A DNA stretch of 60,535 nucleotides, from the sequence record MW314855.1; one strand, written 5' to 3'. The notes under the pieces are model-generated. The model saw only the letters and a program-made list of their open reading frames with translations, was not told where the DNA came from and made no database searches. Origin of the DNA: Mycobacterium phage phiGD23-1. This document shows, piece after piece, positions 20,989 to 30,197 of this stretch. The first letter of the stretch is position 1. The number at the start of each line of letters is the position of its first letter. The translations under genes were made by a program, and so were the position numbers.

Positions 20989-22361
20989 TGGCCGTGCTAC
21001 GTACGAACGTCGAGTTCGCAAAGCGGATCTTCCAAGACCGTGTCGGCAACGACTACGTCTACGGCGGGAACTGGAATCCGTTCAACCTTAAGGTCGGCAC
21101 CGACTGCTCCGGTCTCGTCATCGATATCTGTGATGCGGTGCGCAACGGGACCGCGATGGCCTGGACTCGGCATGGGATGTCCACCGAGAGCTGGCGTCCG
21201 ATTGAAGTAGGGCAGACCGGAACCATCTTCAACACCATATGCGTTGCGTCGCCGAACGACTTTCCGGCTGATGCTGCGGTGAAGATCGCCATCCACCACG
21301 GCCCTGGCGGTGGAGCGAATAGCCACATGTGGTGTGAGGTTGAGGGAATCCGCATGGAGTCCAACGGCTCCGATGGGTGTGTGACCGGGAACCAGGCGCG
21401 GTCCGTGTACGACACGAGCTATGCGAACGACTGGCACTACCTGCCCGGACCCATCACAGGCCAGGTAGGTGTCGATCCCGCAGGAGTGCTGGCACGTGCC
21501 ACCGGGCTAAGTGTCGCGAGGGCTTCGCAGATCCTACCCGCGGTGTCGGACGGGCTCAAGGCTAGTCAGTGCACGAACGTCAATCGGATCGCGATGTGGC
21601 TGGCGCAGGTCGGCCACGAGTCAGCCGGCTTCAATGCCACCGAAGAGTATGCCTCCGGTGCCGCCTATGAAGGGCGTGCAGATCTGGGTAACACCCAACC
21701 CGGGGATGGGGTGCGGTTCAAGGGCCGCAGCTGGATTCAGATCACCGGCCGCAACAACTACGCAGCGTTCTCGCGGTGGTGTTCGGGTAAAGGACTCGTT
21801 CTGTCGCCAACGGAATTCGTTGATAACCCGAACCGACTGGCCGAACTGCGGTGGGCCGGTATAGGTGCGGCTTGGTACTGGACGGTCGCCCGCCCGGACA
21901 TCAACGCCCTGTCGGATCGGCAGGACTTAGAGACCGTCACGCGCCGAATCAACGGCGGCACCAACGGCTTGGCTGATCGTCGCGACCGATACAACCGCGC
22001 CCTACTCCAGGGCGATGCGCTTCTGCAACTACTCACTGAACCGCTGGACCCGATTGAGGAGCTACTGATGTCAGACCTTCAGGTCGAATCCCTATCCATC
22101 TACGCCACCCCAGGTGAGCCGTTGATCCCGATTGTTCGCATGGTGCAGGCCATCGACGCCGCGGAGCACCGCAAGCTCGTCGAGGACTGGGCGCGCACCG
22201 GGGATGCAGACGCACTATCCCGTATCGCCCGCACCGCGGCGGGGCAAGGGAAGTTCCGTGACGCCGCCACCATCGCACACGCCAAAGCCGTGCTCGCTGA
22301 CATTGAAGCCACTAACCCTGCAGTCCTGCAGGAGTTCATCTCTCAGAAGGGACAATCATGA
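20988..22361 (+). CDS. lysA: Lysin A (endolysin), with N-terminal Cys-peptidase-like region and GH19-like lysozyme core
   Basis: Motifs VAQVGHESAGF and GRSWIQITGRNNYAAFS (GH19-like); the track ORF begins at 20958 but the ATG at 20988 coupled to the upstream stop is preferred. Confidence 0.75.
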   Translation: MAVLRTNVEFAKRIFQDRVGNDYVYGGNWNPFNLKVGTDCSGLVIDICDAVRNGTAMAWTRHGMSTESWRPIEVGQTGTIFNTICVASPNDFPADAAVKIAIHHGPGGGANSHMWCEVEGIRMESNGSDGCVTGNQARSVYDTSYANDWHYLPGPITGQVGVDPAGVLARATGLSVARASQILPAVSDGLKASQCTNVNRIAMWLAQVGHESAGFNATEEYASGAAYEGRADLGNTQPGDGVRFKGRSWIQITGRNNYAAFSRWCSGKGLVLSPTEFVDNPNRLAELRWAGIGAAWYWTVARPDINALSDRQDLETVTRRINGGTNGLADRRDRYNRALLQGDALLQLLTEPLDPIEELLMSDLQVESLSIYATPGEPLIPIVRMVQAIDAAEHRKLVEDWARTGDADALSRIARTAAGQGKFRDAATIAHAKAVLADIEATNPAVLQEFISQKGQS

Positions 22362-22774
22362 CCGCCCAGATTCGCAAGTGGTACTACCTCATCGGCGCAC
22401 TGGTGACAGCGCTCGTGCCGATTCTGGTGACCTCCGGTGTCGTCAGTGACACCCAGGGCAATGCGTGGATCAACGCCGTTGTAGCTATCGGTGGCGTTCT
22501 GGGTGCTGCGGGTCTCGGCACTGCCGGTGTGGTCTTGGGCAAGCAGATCAAGGGAGCCCCCGGTGCCGCAGCGGACAAGGCCGTCACAAGCCTGCAGGAC
22601 ATCCAGGCTCAGCTGAACTCCACCGCGCAGGCCGCGCAGGACCAGCTTGCCGCCGCCACCCAGGTTGCCGTGGACAGCATCACCAAGATTCAGGCCACCG
22701 TAGGCAATGTCGTCGGCCCGCAGGTTTCCCTCGGCCCGCTGGCTGCCGAGGTCATCAAGAGCGTGACTGAGTGA
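22358..22774 (+). CDS. Holin-like membrane protein
   Basis: 138 aa, two N-terminal hydrophobic helices then a charged tail; sits between lysin A and lysin B with ATGA overlaps. Confidence 0.5.
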   Translation: MTAQIRKWYYLIGALVTALVPILVTSGVVSDTQGNAWINAVVAIGGVLGAAGLGTAGVVLGKQIKGAPGAAADKAVTSLQDIQAQLNSTAQAAQDQLAAATQVAVDSITKIQATVGNVVGPQVSLGPLAAEVIKSVTE

Positions 22775-23739
22775 TCCTCACCCTCGGTTCTCACGGGGAG
22801 GTAGTAGCGAGGTGGCAGCGGGTCATGTTGGCCCGCTTCGCCTCCTACGCCAAAGCCGCCGATGGGGGACCACTGAAGGTCGACTCGTATTTCGGGTACG
22901 ACGACCAAGCCGTCCAGAAGGAATATCAGCGCCGCACGAACCAACCTCAGACGGGTGAGGTCTCGCAAGCGGATCTGGTGAAGCTGGGTTTGACGCCGCT
23001 GTTCTTCACGGTCGAGGGACACCTGTCCGACATGTACCAGGGGCCTTGTGCTTTCGTGGCCTCTACTTTGGAGCGTGAAGGGCGGGCGGTGTGGCGGCCC
23101 ACCGGCTATGACAACGTGCGGTTGCCGTTCAACAACCAGTCCGGTGTGGACGAACTCGTCAACCGTCTGGATACCAAGCTGTTCGACGACGGCACACCCT
23201 TCCCTGAAGGAACACCCTGGAATCTGGCGATCTTCAGCCAGGGCGCGATGGTCGGCTGCGAGGTCATGGAAAAGCACGTCCTACCGACTAATGGCAGGTT
23301 GCATTACCGGCTCAAGGACTTCCGCAAGGGTATTGCATTTGGGAACCCCTACCGCCTGATCAACCAGTGCGCCCCTTGGGTTCCCGACCCGCCCCAGCCC
23401 AACACGCAGGGAATCATGGACTGGCACTTTGACTTCCTGAAATACCCCGAGCTGGCGGGGAAGTGGCAAGAGCATGCCCGCACCCGCGACTGGTACGCCG
23501 AGAACCGGTTGGACGAGGCAGGTCAGAACATGACCGCGATCGCAAAGATCATCACCCAATCCTCCTGGACCGGTGGGGCTTCCTCGATAGTTGCCCGAAT
23601 CATGGACCTATTCATCAACCCATTCGACGGGTTGATCGACATCGTGTGGGCGATCGTCCGAACCTTCCAGGGCATCGCCCACTTGGAGGCCCACGGCACG
23701 TACGACCTGAATCCAGTCCTTGACTGGTTCCGTGCTTAA
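22771..23739 (+). CDS. lysB: Lysin B (mycolyl-arabinogalactan esterase, cutinase-like)
   Basis: FSQGA (GxSxG-type serine esterase) motif; position in the lysis cassette; family restricted to phages of mycolata. Confidence 0.75.
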   Translation: MILTLGSHGEVVARWQRVMLARFASYAKAADGGPLKVDSYFGYDDQAVQKEYQRRTNQPQTGEVSQADLVKLGLTPLFFTVEGHLSDMYQGPCAFVASTLEREGRAVWRPTGYDNVRLPFNNQSGVDELVNRLDTKLFDDGTPFPEGTPWNLAIFSQGAMVGCEVMEKHVLPTNGRLHYRLKDFRKGIAFGNPYRLINQCAPWVPDPPQPNTQGIMDWHFDFLKYPELAGKWQEHARTRDWYAENRLDEAGQNMTAIAKIITQSSWTGGASSIVARIMDLFINPFDGLIDIVWAIVRTFQGIAHLEAHGTYDLNPVLDWFRA

Positions 23740-23755
23740 CAACTGAATAGAGCCC
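23737..23755 (+). repeat. Copy 1 of ACAACTGAATA(G)AGCCC, immediately after the lysB stop
   Basis: Exact 11-mer ACAACTGAATA shared with 35988-35998. Confidence 0.4.
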
Positions 23756-23787
23756 TCGAAGCGCCCCATGAAAGGCGGTTCAAACAA

Positions 23788-24009
23788 ATGTCCATCCGGG
23801 AACAACTGGCCGAGGCCGCCAAGCCGAAGCAGCGCTGCACATGCTGTGCATGGGTCGCTACGCAGAGTGCAGATGACCGTAAGGCTATTGAGGAATGGGT
23901 AGCCGAAGGGAAGTCGATTGAGGCGCTTGTCCGCGTGCTGCGGAATGAGGGTCTTCCGGTGGGGCCGGTGCAGTTCCGGCGTCACGTGCGAGAGTGTGTG
24001 CGCTCTTGA
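23788..24009 (+). CDS. Hypothetical protein (73 aa)
   Basis: ORF with RBS. Confidence 0.35.
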   Translation: MSIREQLAEAAKPKQRCTCCAWVATQSADDRKAIEEWVAEGKSIEALVRVLRNEGLPVGPVQFRRHVRECVRS

Positions 24010-25241
24010 GTATCCGTGACAGCCTCAATAGTCGCCGCCCCGTGCCGGAAGAGTCGGCACCAGAGCAGGCGAAAATGCGCGCGGAGTGGGACGGCACCGC
24101 AGGTTTTATTCAGACGGGCAAGGTCTCAGATGACTTCGATGAGCAGGACTTCGAGGGCATCCTTCGCGAGTTCGCCGACGAACTGCACTACGACCCAGCC
24201 AAGGTTGAGATTGCCGGTAACCCACAGGTCGTGGTGTGGGAGACGGGCTTCCGCAACAAGGAGGGGGAGTGGGAGAAGCATAAGCACCACTCCTGGCGGT
24301 ATCACCTCGCCGTCCGGCGTTGGGCTATAGACCTACCCGCCTTGTATGCGGAGGTCCGCAAGACGAGGCCGGTGCAGCCGAAGAAACCCACAGGGGAGTC
24401 GACGGTTGTGGTGTGCTGGGCAGACATTCAAACCGGGAAGGTCGACCACCTCGGCGGCGTCAAAGAGTTATTACTGCGCCTTCAGGAAAAGCGGGAAAAC
24501 CTGAACGCCTACCTGAAACGTTCAAGGTTTGATCGCATCATCATCGCGGACGTGGGCGACATTGTGGAGGGCTTCGACAACGTCACAGCCCAAACCCGCA
24601 CCAACGGCCTATCTCTCATGGATCAGGTCGAGGTTGCCGCCACGGAGTTCTGGAAGACCATCACCCTGTGCGCCAAGCACGCCCCGGTGGATGTGCTGTC
24701 CATCCCGTCCAATCACGGCCAGTGGCGCCGCGGGAAGGATCTAATCGGGAAGCCCACCGACGACTGGGGATTGGCTATCTCGAAACGTCTTGAATGGCAC
24801 AACAACCCCGACAACCAAGGCCCGAACCTGCCGGTAGATTTCCACCGGCCGCCCGAGTGGTGCGAGACACTGCAGTTCGATGTACGCGGCACCAGGTTGG
24901 GGTTGGCGCATGGCCACCAAGCCTCCGGCGCTGACCGGGTTAAGACGTGGTGGGAGAAGATGACCCACGGCGGCGTCATGGACTGCCACGTCCTCTTGAC
25001 TGGACATTTCCACTACGCCAGCCTGCGCCCCCATGGGCGGGATCAAGTAACGGGTAAGGCGCGCTGGCACATCCAAGCCTCAACCCTGGACAACGGCTCC
25101 GCATGGGTGATGAACAAGATGGGCGAAGACGGAGATCCGGCACTGACGGTGTGTTCCAGATCAACAACGACGGCTTCGACGTACAGAGCTTCGCCCTCCT
25201 ATGAAACGTCACGATACGATTCAAGTAGGCGCCAACGCTGA
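23994..25241 (+). CDS. Calcineurin-like metallophosphoesterase
   Basis: Motifs DVGDIVEG, PSNHGQW (GNH[DE]-like) and GHFHY (GHxH). Confidence 0.55.
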   Translation: MCALLSIRDSLNSRRPVPEESAPEQAKMRAEWDGTAGFIQTGKVSDDFDEQDFEGILREFADELHYDPAKVEIAGNPQVVVWETGFRNKEGEWEKHKHHSWRYHLAVRRWAIDLPALYAEVRKTRPVQPKKPTGESTVVVCWADIQTGKVDHLGGVKELLLRLQEKRENLNAYLKRSRFDRIIIADVGDIVEGFDNVTAQTRTNGLSLMDQVEVAATEFWKTITLCAKHAPVDVLSIPSNHGQWRRGKDLIGKPTDDWGLAISKRLEWHNNPDNQGPNLPVDFHRPPEWCETLQFDVRGTRLGLAHGHQASGADRVKTWWEKMTHGGVMDCHVLLTGHFHYASLRPHGRDQVTGKARWHIQASTLDNGSAWVMNKMGEDGDPALTVCSRSTTTASTYRASPSYETSRYDSSRRQR

Positions 25242-25848
25242 AAAGCGCTGCCCGAGATGCGAAACCGTCAAGCCCGTCACGGCATTCTCGGTTGACCGTA
25301 ACCGAAAAAGCGGCCGAAACTGTTACTGCCTCGAATGTACGCGTAGGACCAACCGGGCGTCGTATAGCCGGAACTTCGAGGGTGGGAAAGCCCGGAAGGC
25401 GGCAGCCTACAAGCGTGACCGTGAGAAGTTTTTGGCGCGAAACAGGCGCTGGCGGGCTGATAATTACGAACGCGAGCTGGAAACGAACCGTAAGTACTAC
25501 CACGATAACAAGGCTCAAGTTCGGGCCTGGCACAAGCGCTACTACGAAGCTAATAAGGATGCAGCTTTCGCGGCAAGTCAGCGGCGGCGAGCTCGCATGC
25601 GGTCCGCTGCTACCGCCCCGTTCTCCATGGACGATCTGCGGATGAAGTGGCGCTACTGGGGTAATAGGTGCTGGATCTGCGGCGGGAATCCCACTGCGAC
25701 TGATCACGTCAAGCCACTGAGCAAAGGCGGTGCCCATATGCTGTGCAACCTCAGGCCGATCTGCAAACCTTGCAACTCGGCAAAGCATGACAAGTGGCCG
25801 TATCAGCGTCCGATACCCGCTGATACTTCCGAAGATGTCGCGAGCTAG
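25201..25848 (+). CDS. HNH endonuclease
   Basis: Cys-rich N-terminus and a C-terminal HNH motif (DHVKPLSKGG...CNLRPICKPCNSAKHDK). Confidence 0.7.
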   Translation: MKRHDTIQVGANAEKRCPRCETVKPVTAFSVDRNRKSGRNCYCLECTRRTNRASYSRNFEGGKARKAAAYKRDREKFLARNRRWRADNYERELETNRKYYHDNKAQVRAWHKRYYEANKDAAFAASQRRRARMRSAATAPFSMDDLRMKWRYWGNRCWICGGNPTATDHVKPLSKGGAHMLCNLRPICKPCNSAKHDKWPYQRPIPADTSEDVAS

Positions 25849-25850
25849 CT

Positions 25851-26075
25851 ATGAGTGAACACCCTGACGAACTCATACAGAAGTACGTCGAAGCAATGGA
25901 TCAAGAACCGGGCTGGCGGGTATCAGATTTCGTGCTCATGGTCGGGTTCGAGAGAGTCCAAGCGGACGGCACCATAGAGCACACTTACGGCGTGCATGAA
26001 GGTGAGAACCAATCGCCCTGGGCTACACACGGTTTAGTCGCCAACGGTATAGAACACCTAGAACGAACTGAGTGA
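25851..26075 (+). CDS. Hypothetical protein (74 aa)
   Basis: ORF abutting the HNH gene. Confidence 0.35.
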   Translation: MSEHPDELIQKYVEAMDQEPGWRVSDFVLMVGFERVQADGTIEHTYGVHEGENQSPWATHGLVANGIEHLERTE

Positions 26076-26396
26076 CTACGGCTGGCTGTTCCAATGGGCT
26101 AGGTCTTCATCGTCGATCAGTGTGACGACTATCTGGGCGATCCGCTCATCACTCTCGTCAGTGCCGTAGTCCACGATCCACGCCCAGATGTCGTAGCCGC
26201 CGTCGCCGAATCCTGCCGAAAACTGCACCCCGGACCCGTACTTACTGAATAGGTTGTGACCACTACCGATTCCTGGATACTTGGCTGGGGCAAAAGCGGG
26301 GTCGGTGATCGCGGCCATGGCCGAGTCGACCGAGACGCCGCCGATGCGTTCCCATCGACCGTTGCGGCCTGGGGCTGGTGTTGGTGGTTCACCCAT
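26076..26396 (-). CDS. Hypothetical protein (106 aa), reverse-oriented moron preceded by a SAS-like element
   Basis: Only minus-strand gene in a forward block; start codon is the ATG of the conserved 44-nt element E. Confidence 0.5.
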   Translation of the reverse strand: MGEPPTPAPGRNGRWERIGGVSVDSAMAAITDPAFAPAKYPGIGSGHNLFSKYGSGVQFSAGFGDGGYDIWAWIVDYGTDESDERIAQIVVTLIDDEDLAHWNSQP

Positions 26397-26437
26397 CCCT
26401 CAATTTTACGCCGTTGCAGTCGAAGTCGCGGTGTCTA
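26394..26437 (-). promoter_or_regulatory. SAS-like 44-nt element E (minus strand): TAGACACCGCGACTTCGACTGCAACGGCGTAAAATTGAGGGATG
   Basis: Matches consensus TAGACACCGC-N21-wAAwTTGAGGTATG; ends at the start codon of 26076..26396. Confidence 0.7.
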
Positions 26438-26452
26438 GGCCCCGCGCGAGGA

Positions 26453-26493
26453 GAGCGCGCAGGGAACTAGCTCACCGTACCGCGCTCTTTTTT
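26453..26493 (+). terminator. Hairpin GAGCGCG (26453-59) / CGCGCTC (26481-87) followed by T6
   Basis: Inverted repeat plus U-tract on the plus strand. Confidence 0.45.
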
Positions 26494-26576
26494 AGATGTA
26501 TCTGGTGTTGCGTCGAAAAATAGCCCGCTGCCTGCATGTTTCTTTTTTATCCACAACCTAATCGGGGAGGGTTCCC

Positions 26577-26819
26577 ATGGCCTTACATCCATCTGATTGG
26601 GCGTGGATCACTATGGCTGCTGGGATCGTCGCCTACGAGATAGCTTGCCCACCCGGGGAACTGCTATCGGACGCCACTGCACGGTACGGGCAGTCCCACA
26701 TGTTCCTCAGCTCCGCCGTGATCGGGGTAGTGGCCGTTCATCTGCTGCGCACCACCGGACTGCTGCGGTTCATCCCCGAACAGCTCGACCTAATCCATTT
26801 GTTGGCTTCACTGAAATGA
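26577..26819 (+). CDS. Small membrane protein
   Basis: 80 aa, two hydrophobic helices, RBS GGGGAGG. Confidence 0.4.
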   Translation: MALHPSDWAWITMAAGIVAYEIACPPGELLSDATARYGQSHMFLSSAVIGVVAVHLLRTTGLLRFIPEQLDLIHLLASLK

Positions 26820-26881
26820 GAGGACACCGCTATGTGCAGAGTTGAGACCTGGAAGTGTGAGCCGACAGTGGAGACTTCGCG

Positions 26882-27229
26882 GTGAACATGGCCGACTGGC
26901 AGCTGCCGCCACTTGCTCAAGACGGCTGGGGCCTAGCGACCTGGGTAGTAATAGCATTCGTCGTCATGTGTTTCCTCGGCATCCTGTGGACGCTGCAACA
27001 CTTCGACCTCAAAGCCATCCGGCACCAAACAGAGAACTCCCACGACACCAACCTGCGTGACGACATCGACGAGATACGCGAGATGGTCCGCGACGGAATG
27101 GCCGACATCCGCAGCGATATCTCCGGTATCCGAAAAGACATCGGAGGACTGCGCGGAGAGCTGCGCACCGAACGCGAAGAACGCATCGAATCCGACGCCC
27201 GCATATGGCGGGGACCCTGGAAGGCTTAG
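26882..27229 (+). CDS. Membrane protein with coiled-coil C-terminal domain
   Basis: 115 aa, N-terminal TM helix, charged repeat-rich C-terminus. Confidence 0.4.
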   Translation: MNMADWQLPPLAQDGWGLATWVVIAFVVMCFLGILWTLQHFDLKAIRHQTENSHDTNLRDDIDEIREMVRDGMADIRSDISGIRKDIGGLRGELRTEREERIESDARIWRGPWKA

Positions 27230-27267
27230 ACCCCGCCGTTAGCGCTTACCGCCAATAGAATTGGGGT

Positions 27268-27522
27268 ATGACAGCGGGGCAATGGTTTGGAACCGTTCTT
27301 ATGATCGTGTTCGGAGTGTGGTTCGTTGGATTCAATATCCTCCTTTGGGTAGGCGACCGCATAGATAAACGGAACCGCGCCGAACTGGCAGACATCAGTC
27401 GGGACTTCGACGCGCTAGGCCCAAATCCGAGCCTTGAGGAGATGCAGCCAGCGCTAGATCGTCTCGCCGCCTACCGAATCAGGTTTGAGAACTGGCGCTC
27501 GCCCACCAGTAATCCGACCTGA
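27268..27522 (+). CDS. Small membrane protein
   Basis: 84 aa, N-terminal TM helices. Confidence 0.4.
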   Translation: MTAGQWFGTVLMIVFGVWFVGFNILLWVGDRIDKRNRAELADISRDFDALGPNPSLEEMQPALDRLAAYRIRFENWRSPTSNPT

Positions 27523-27541
27523 GCCCCCTCGCTTCACAGCC

Positions 27542-27592
27542 GCCCCCGGCTCCCGTGCTTCCCCCCAGCATGGTTGAGCCGGGGGCTTTTTT
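27542..27592 (+). terminator. Rho-independent terminator: GCCCCCGGCTC (27542-52) pairs with GAGCCGGGGGC (27576-86), followed by TTTTTT
   Basis: 11-bp GC stem plus a U6 tract; ends the rightward late operon before attP. Confidence 0.65.
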
Positions 27593-27684
27593 GCGTTGTG
27601 GACCTGCGGCGATGCTTCCCAGCAACGGGGTGCGGTGGCCCGTAAGGGCTCTCGGTATGCTCTCTAGGCTCGGAGCGAAAACCG

Positions 27685-27906
27685 TTAGGCTACAGTCTAG
27701 GCTACAGTTGGCTTAGGATTTAGTCAGGAAATACGCCCTGAGCAGCGATGGGGCGGTAGCTCAGTTGGTTAGAGCCGTGGACTCATAATCCGTTTGGATG
27801 GTAGAATCATCAGCATGAATGGTCGCATTTGCGCAGCTAGGGCGACTTTCATGTGTTGCACTGTCTAGTCGCATGTAGCCCAATAGGCTACAGTGTTGGC
27901 TACAGT
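27685..27906 (+). other. attP: attP region: four direct arm-type repeats (T)AGGCTACAGT (27685-27696, 27697-27708, 27884-27894, 27898-27906) flanking a tRNA-like core
   Basis: Tandem 9-12-nt direct repeats on both sides of a tRNA-like sequence, immediately upstream of the tyrosine integrase gene. Confidence 0.55.
27750..27792 (+). other. Partial tRNA-like sequence (acceptor 5' strand, D-arm, anticodon arm with CAT anticodon; no T-arm); candidate attP common core matching a host tRNA
   Basis: GGGGCGGTAGCTCAGTTGGTTAGAGC with D-arm GCTC/GAGC, anticodon loop CTCATAA; downstream sequence lacks GGTTCGAATCC. Confidence 0.45.
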
Positions 27907-27928
27907 AGAGCGGATTGGAGTTTGCTGA

Positions 27929-29065
27929 ATGGGGCAAAGGCGCACCCGCGGTGACGGGGGACTCTACAAACGCAGCGATGGCATGTGGGTCGGAGCCGTC
28001 GATATCCCCACCGAAGATGGAAAGCGCCGACGCCGAACTGTCTCCTCGAAAGACAAGGCAACCGCCCTGGCGAAGCTGCGCACCCTGCGATCTGAGATCA
28101 CATCGGGGAAGGCGCCCACAACCTCCAACACCACACTCGAACAGTGGCTCACCCACTGGCTTGAGACCATCCAGAAGCCGCGCGTACGTCCAACCACATT
28201 CAAGTACTACGAGACCACCGTCCGTCTCTATATCCTGCCGTTCCTTAACGGCAGTGTGAGGCTGGGCAAGCTCACCCCGGCGGAAGTACGCAAGATGATC
28301 GCCCGCAATGGAACACGCAACGCACAGAAGGCCCACCAGACTCTCGTGAAAGCGCTCGGCGATGCCATGGACGAGGGGATGTTGGATCGCAATGTCGCAG
28401 CGGTCGTCGACAAGCCCAGGCATGTCGCCGAGGAGCGCCAACCGTTCACATTCGCAGAATCTCGCCAAATCATCACCACCGCATTCGAGATCAACGATCC
28501 ATGGGCGACGATGTGGACTTCCATGTTCTTCACCGCCGCCCGGCAGGGCGAGATCATCGGCATGGAGTCCGACCGCTGCGACCTTATCGAGGGGCTGTTC
28601 GACTTCGGTTGGCAGCTACAACAGCTGCCGTCCGATCTTCCAAAAGGCTTCAACTACCGGCCCTGCTACAAGTCCCTGGTGTGGACCAAGCCAAAGAACA
28701 AAGCCGGTGACCGCATCGCCCCAATGACTGCGCCAGTCTGGGCAATGATGAAGACCTACGTCGCCAACGACACCAGACCCAACCCCCACGGCCTGGTATG
28801 GCGGCATGAAGACGGTCACCCGATCTCACCCACTGACGCCTCCGAGGCGTGGCGAGCATTACTGAAAGCTGCCGGCGTGCGGTACCGGTCAATGCACTCG
28901 GCCCGCCACACCACTTCAACGCTGCTCAACAAAGCCCGCGTCTCCCAGGAGACGCGCATGAAAGTGGTTGGCCACTCAACCGCGGCTGCGCACCAGGGCT
29001 ATGTACACGTGGACCACGAGACGGCCCGCGCGGCGCTGTCGAACCTCAATGAGTTGTTGGATTGA
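27929..29065 (+). CDS. int: Tyrosine integrase
   Basis: N-terminal RGDGGLYKR motif, C-terminal catalytic region (…HSARHTTSTLL…HQGYVH) typical of phage tyrosine recombinases; adjacent to attP. Confidence 0.85.
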   Translation: MGQRRTRGDGGLYKRSDGMWVGAVDIPTEDGKRRRRTVSSKDKATALAKLRTLRSEITSGKAPTTSNTTLEQWLTHWLETIQKPRVRPTTFKYYETTVRLYILPFLNGSVRLGKLTPAEVRKMIARNGTRNAQKAHQTLVKALGDAMDEGMLDRNVAAVVDKPRHVAEERQPFTFAESRQIITTAFEINDPWATMWTSMFFTAARQGEIIGMESDRCDLIEGLFDFGWQLQQLPSDLPKGFNYRPCYKSLVWTKPKNKAGDRIAPMTAPVWAMMKTYVANDTRPNPHGLVWRHEDGHPISPTDASEAWRALLKAAGVRYRSMHSARHTTSTLLNKARVSQETRMKVVGHSTAAAHQGYVHVDHETARAALSNLNELLD

Positions 29066-29067
29066 GT

Positions 29068-29703
29068 TCAGCCTGCTAATTCTGGGTGGACCGTGCCGCT
29101 ATCGCGGATATCCCATATTTTTCCGGTGTCAACGCCGTTGAAGTTTATTCGATCGAGAGTGACTTTTTCGTATCCCACATTCAAGACGATGGTGTCCTGA
29201 TTGCTGTTTCCGTATGCATCCTTGGTCGGAAAGGTTCCTTGTATGAAGACCTTTGTGGCGTTGGGGTATTCGGAGTGTGCGTACTTGAGCGCTTCGATGG
29301 TCTTGTTTTGGGCTCCACGGCGCGTAAGCCCCATAAAGACTGCGTCAGAGATTCTGAAGCTTCCGAAGACGACCTCTCCACTCGATCCCGACTCTGTCCG
29401 AAAGGAGACACCTTCGGGCGGTTTTGGCTTCTGAGGTTCTACCGGTCGCGCAGGTTCGACCAGCGCGGGCGCTGATGCTTTCGTTGCCGTGCCAGTGTGG
29501 GTGGATGGCTGAGTATCCTTACGGTCTTGTCCCCCGATCAATCCGATCAGGAAGAGGACGGCAACTGCCCCCACGATCCACGGCCACTTGGGCGTTTCCT
29601 TCTTATTGGGCGACCGCATCAGCTGGTCCGTCCATCTAGCCCCATCGAAGTATCGCAGCCCCGGAGCGCCTGACGGATCTGGATACCAACCCGGCATTGA
29701 CAT
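29068..29703 (-). CDS. DUF2510-type membrane protein (N-terminal GWYPDPSG…RYFDGARWTDQ, one TM helix, extracytoplasmic domain); candidate prophage-expressed exclusion or defence protein
   Basis: Motif seen in the translation; start taken at the internal ATG (29703) with a GGGGG RBS rather than the track start 29817; convergent with int. Confidence 0.5.
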   Translation of the reverse strand: MSMPGWYPDPSGAPGLRYFDGARWTDQLMRSPNKKETPKWPWIVGAVAVLFLIGLIGGQDRKDTQPSTHTGTATKASAPALVEPARPVEPQKPKPPEGVSFRTESGSSGEVVFGSFRISDAVFMGLTRRGAQNKTIEALKYAHSEYPNATKVFIQGTFPTKDAYGNSNQDTIVLNVGYEKVTLDRINFNGVDTGKIWDIRDSGTVHPELAG

Positions 29704-30014
29704 TGCGGCCCCCTTATTCATTGTTGACCTGCAAATCCTACGACTTTGATAGGAGTCTGCGTGCCCATCTGAGAAGTCGAATTTGGTCCCGGCGTTCACG
29801 CTCGGGGTCATGCTCACGGCTTAGGTATTCATCGAGGGCGCGCTGCATGTCGGGGTCTCTCAGCGCTCCCATGGTGCGCCGTTCTGCTGGTACCACTGCT
29901 CGCGTCTTTCCTGTGACCACCATGGCGCAGGTGGGCCGAAAGGGTGTGTGAAGCCCCAGCGGAATGCCGGGTTATTGAACGCGAACCACGGATGCAGAAG
30001 CCGCAGGAGCCTCA

Positions 30015-30197
30015 TCACGACCTCCAGTCCTGAGGAACCGGCCGCCCCTCGGATACGTCCCGAGCGCATGCCCGCATGCCGTATTCGATCGCTCCCGAGT
30101 AGAACCTCGAGTATCGGCCGGCGAAGGTCCGCAAGATCCAATTGGCCAACCGTATCGCCCCGCGCTCAACAACGGTAGCGCCGCCAAGTTCGCTCAT
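30015..30197 (-). CDS. Hypothetical 60-aa protein preceded by SAS-like element F
   Basis: Its start codon is the ATG of the conserved 44-nt element. Confidence 0.45.
   Translation of the reverse strand: MSELGGATVVERGAIRLANWILRTFAGRYSRFYSGAIEYGMRACARDVSEGRPVPQDWRS

Noticed and set aside
27750-27830. Complete tRNA gene
   Set aside because: Only the acceptor 5' strand, D-arm and anticodon arm are present. No T-arm (GGTTCGAATCC-like) or 3' acceptor strand follows, so it is treated as an attP core fragment rather than a functional tRNA.
29860-30141. Minus-strand 93-aa ORF (TTG start) in the 29704-30014 gap
   Set aside because: It has no RBS, no ATG start and a low-complexity W/R-rich translation. 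The adjacent 30015..30197 ORF is supported by the conserved upstream element, but this one is not.
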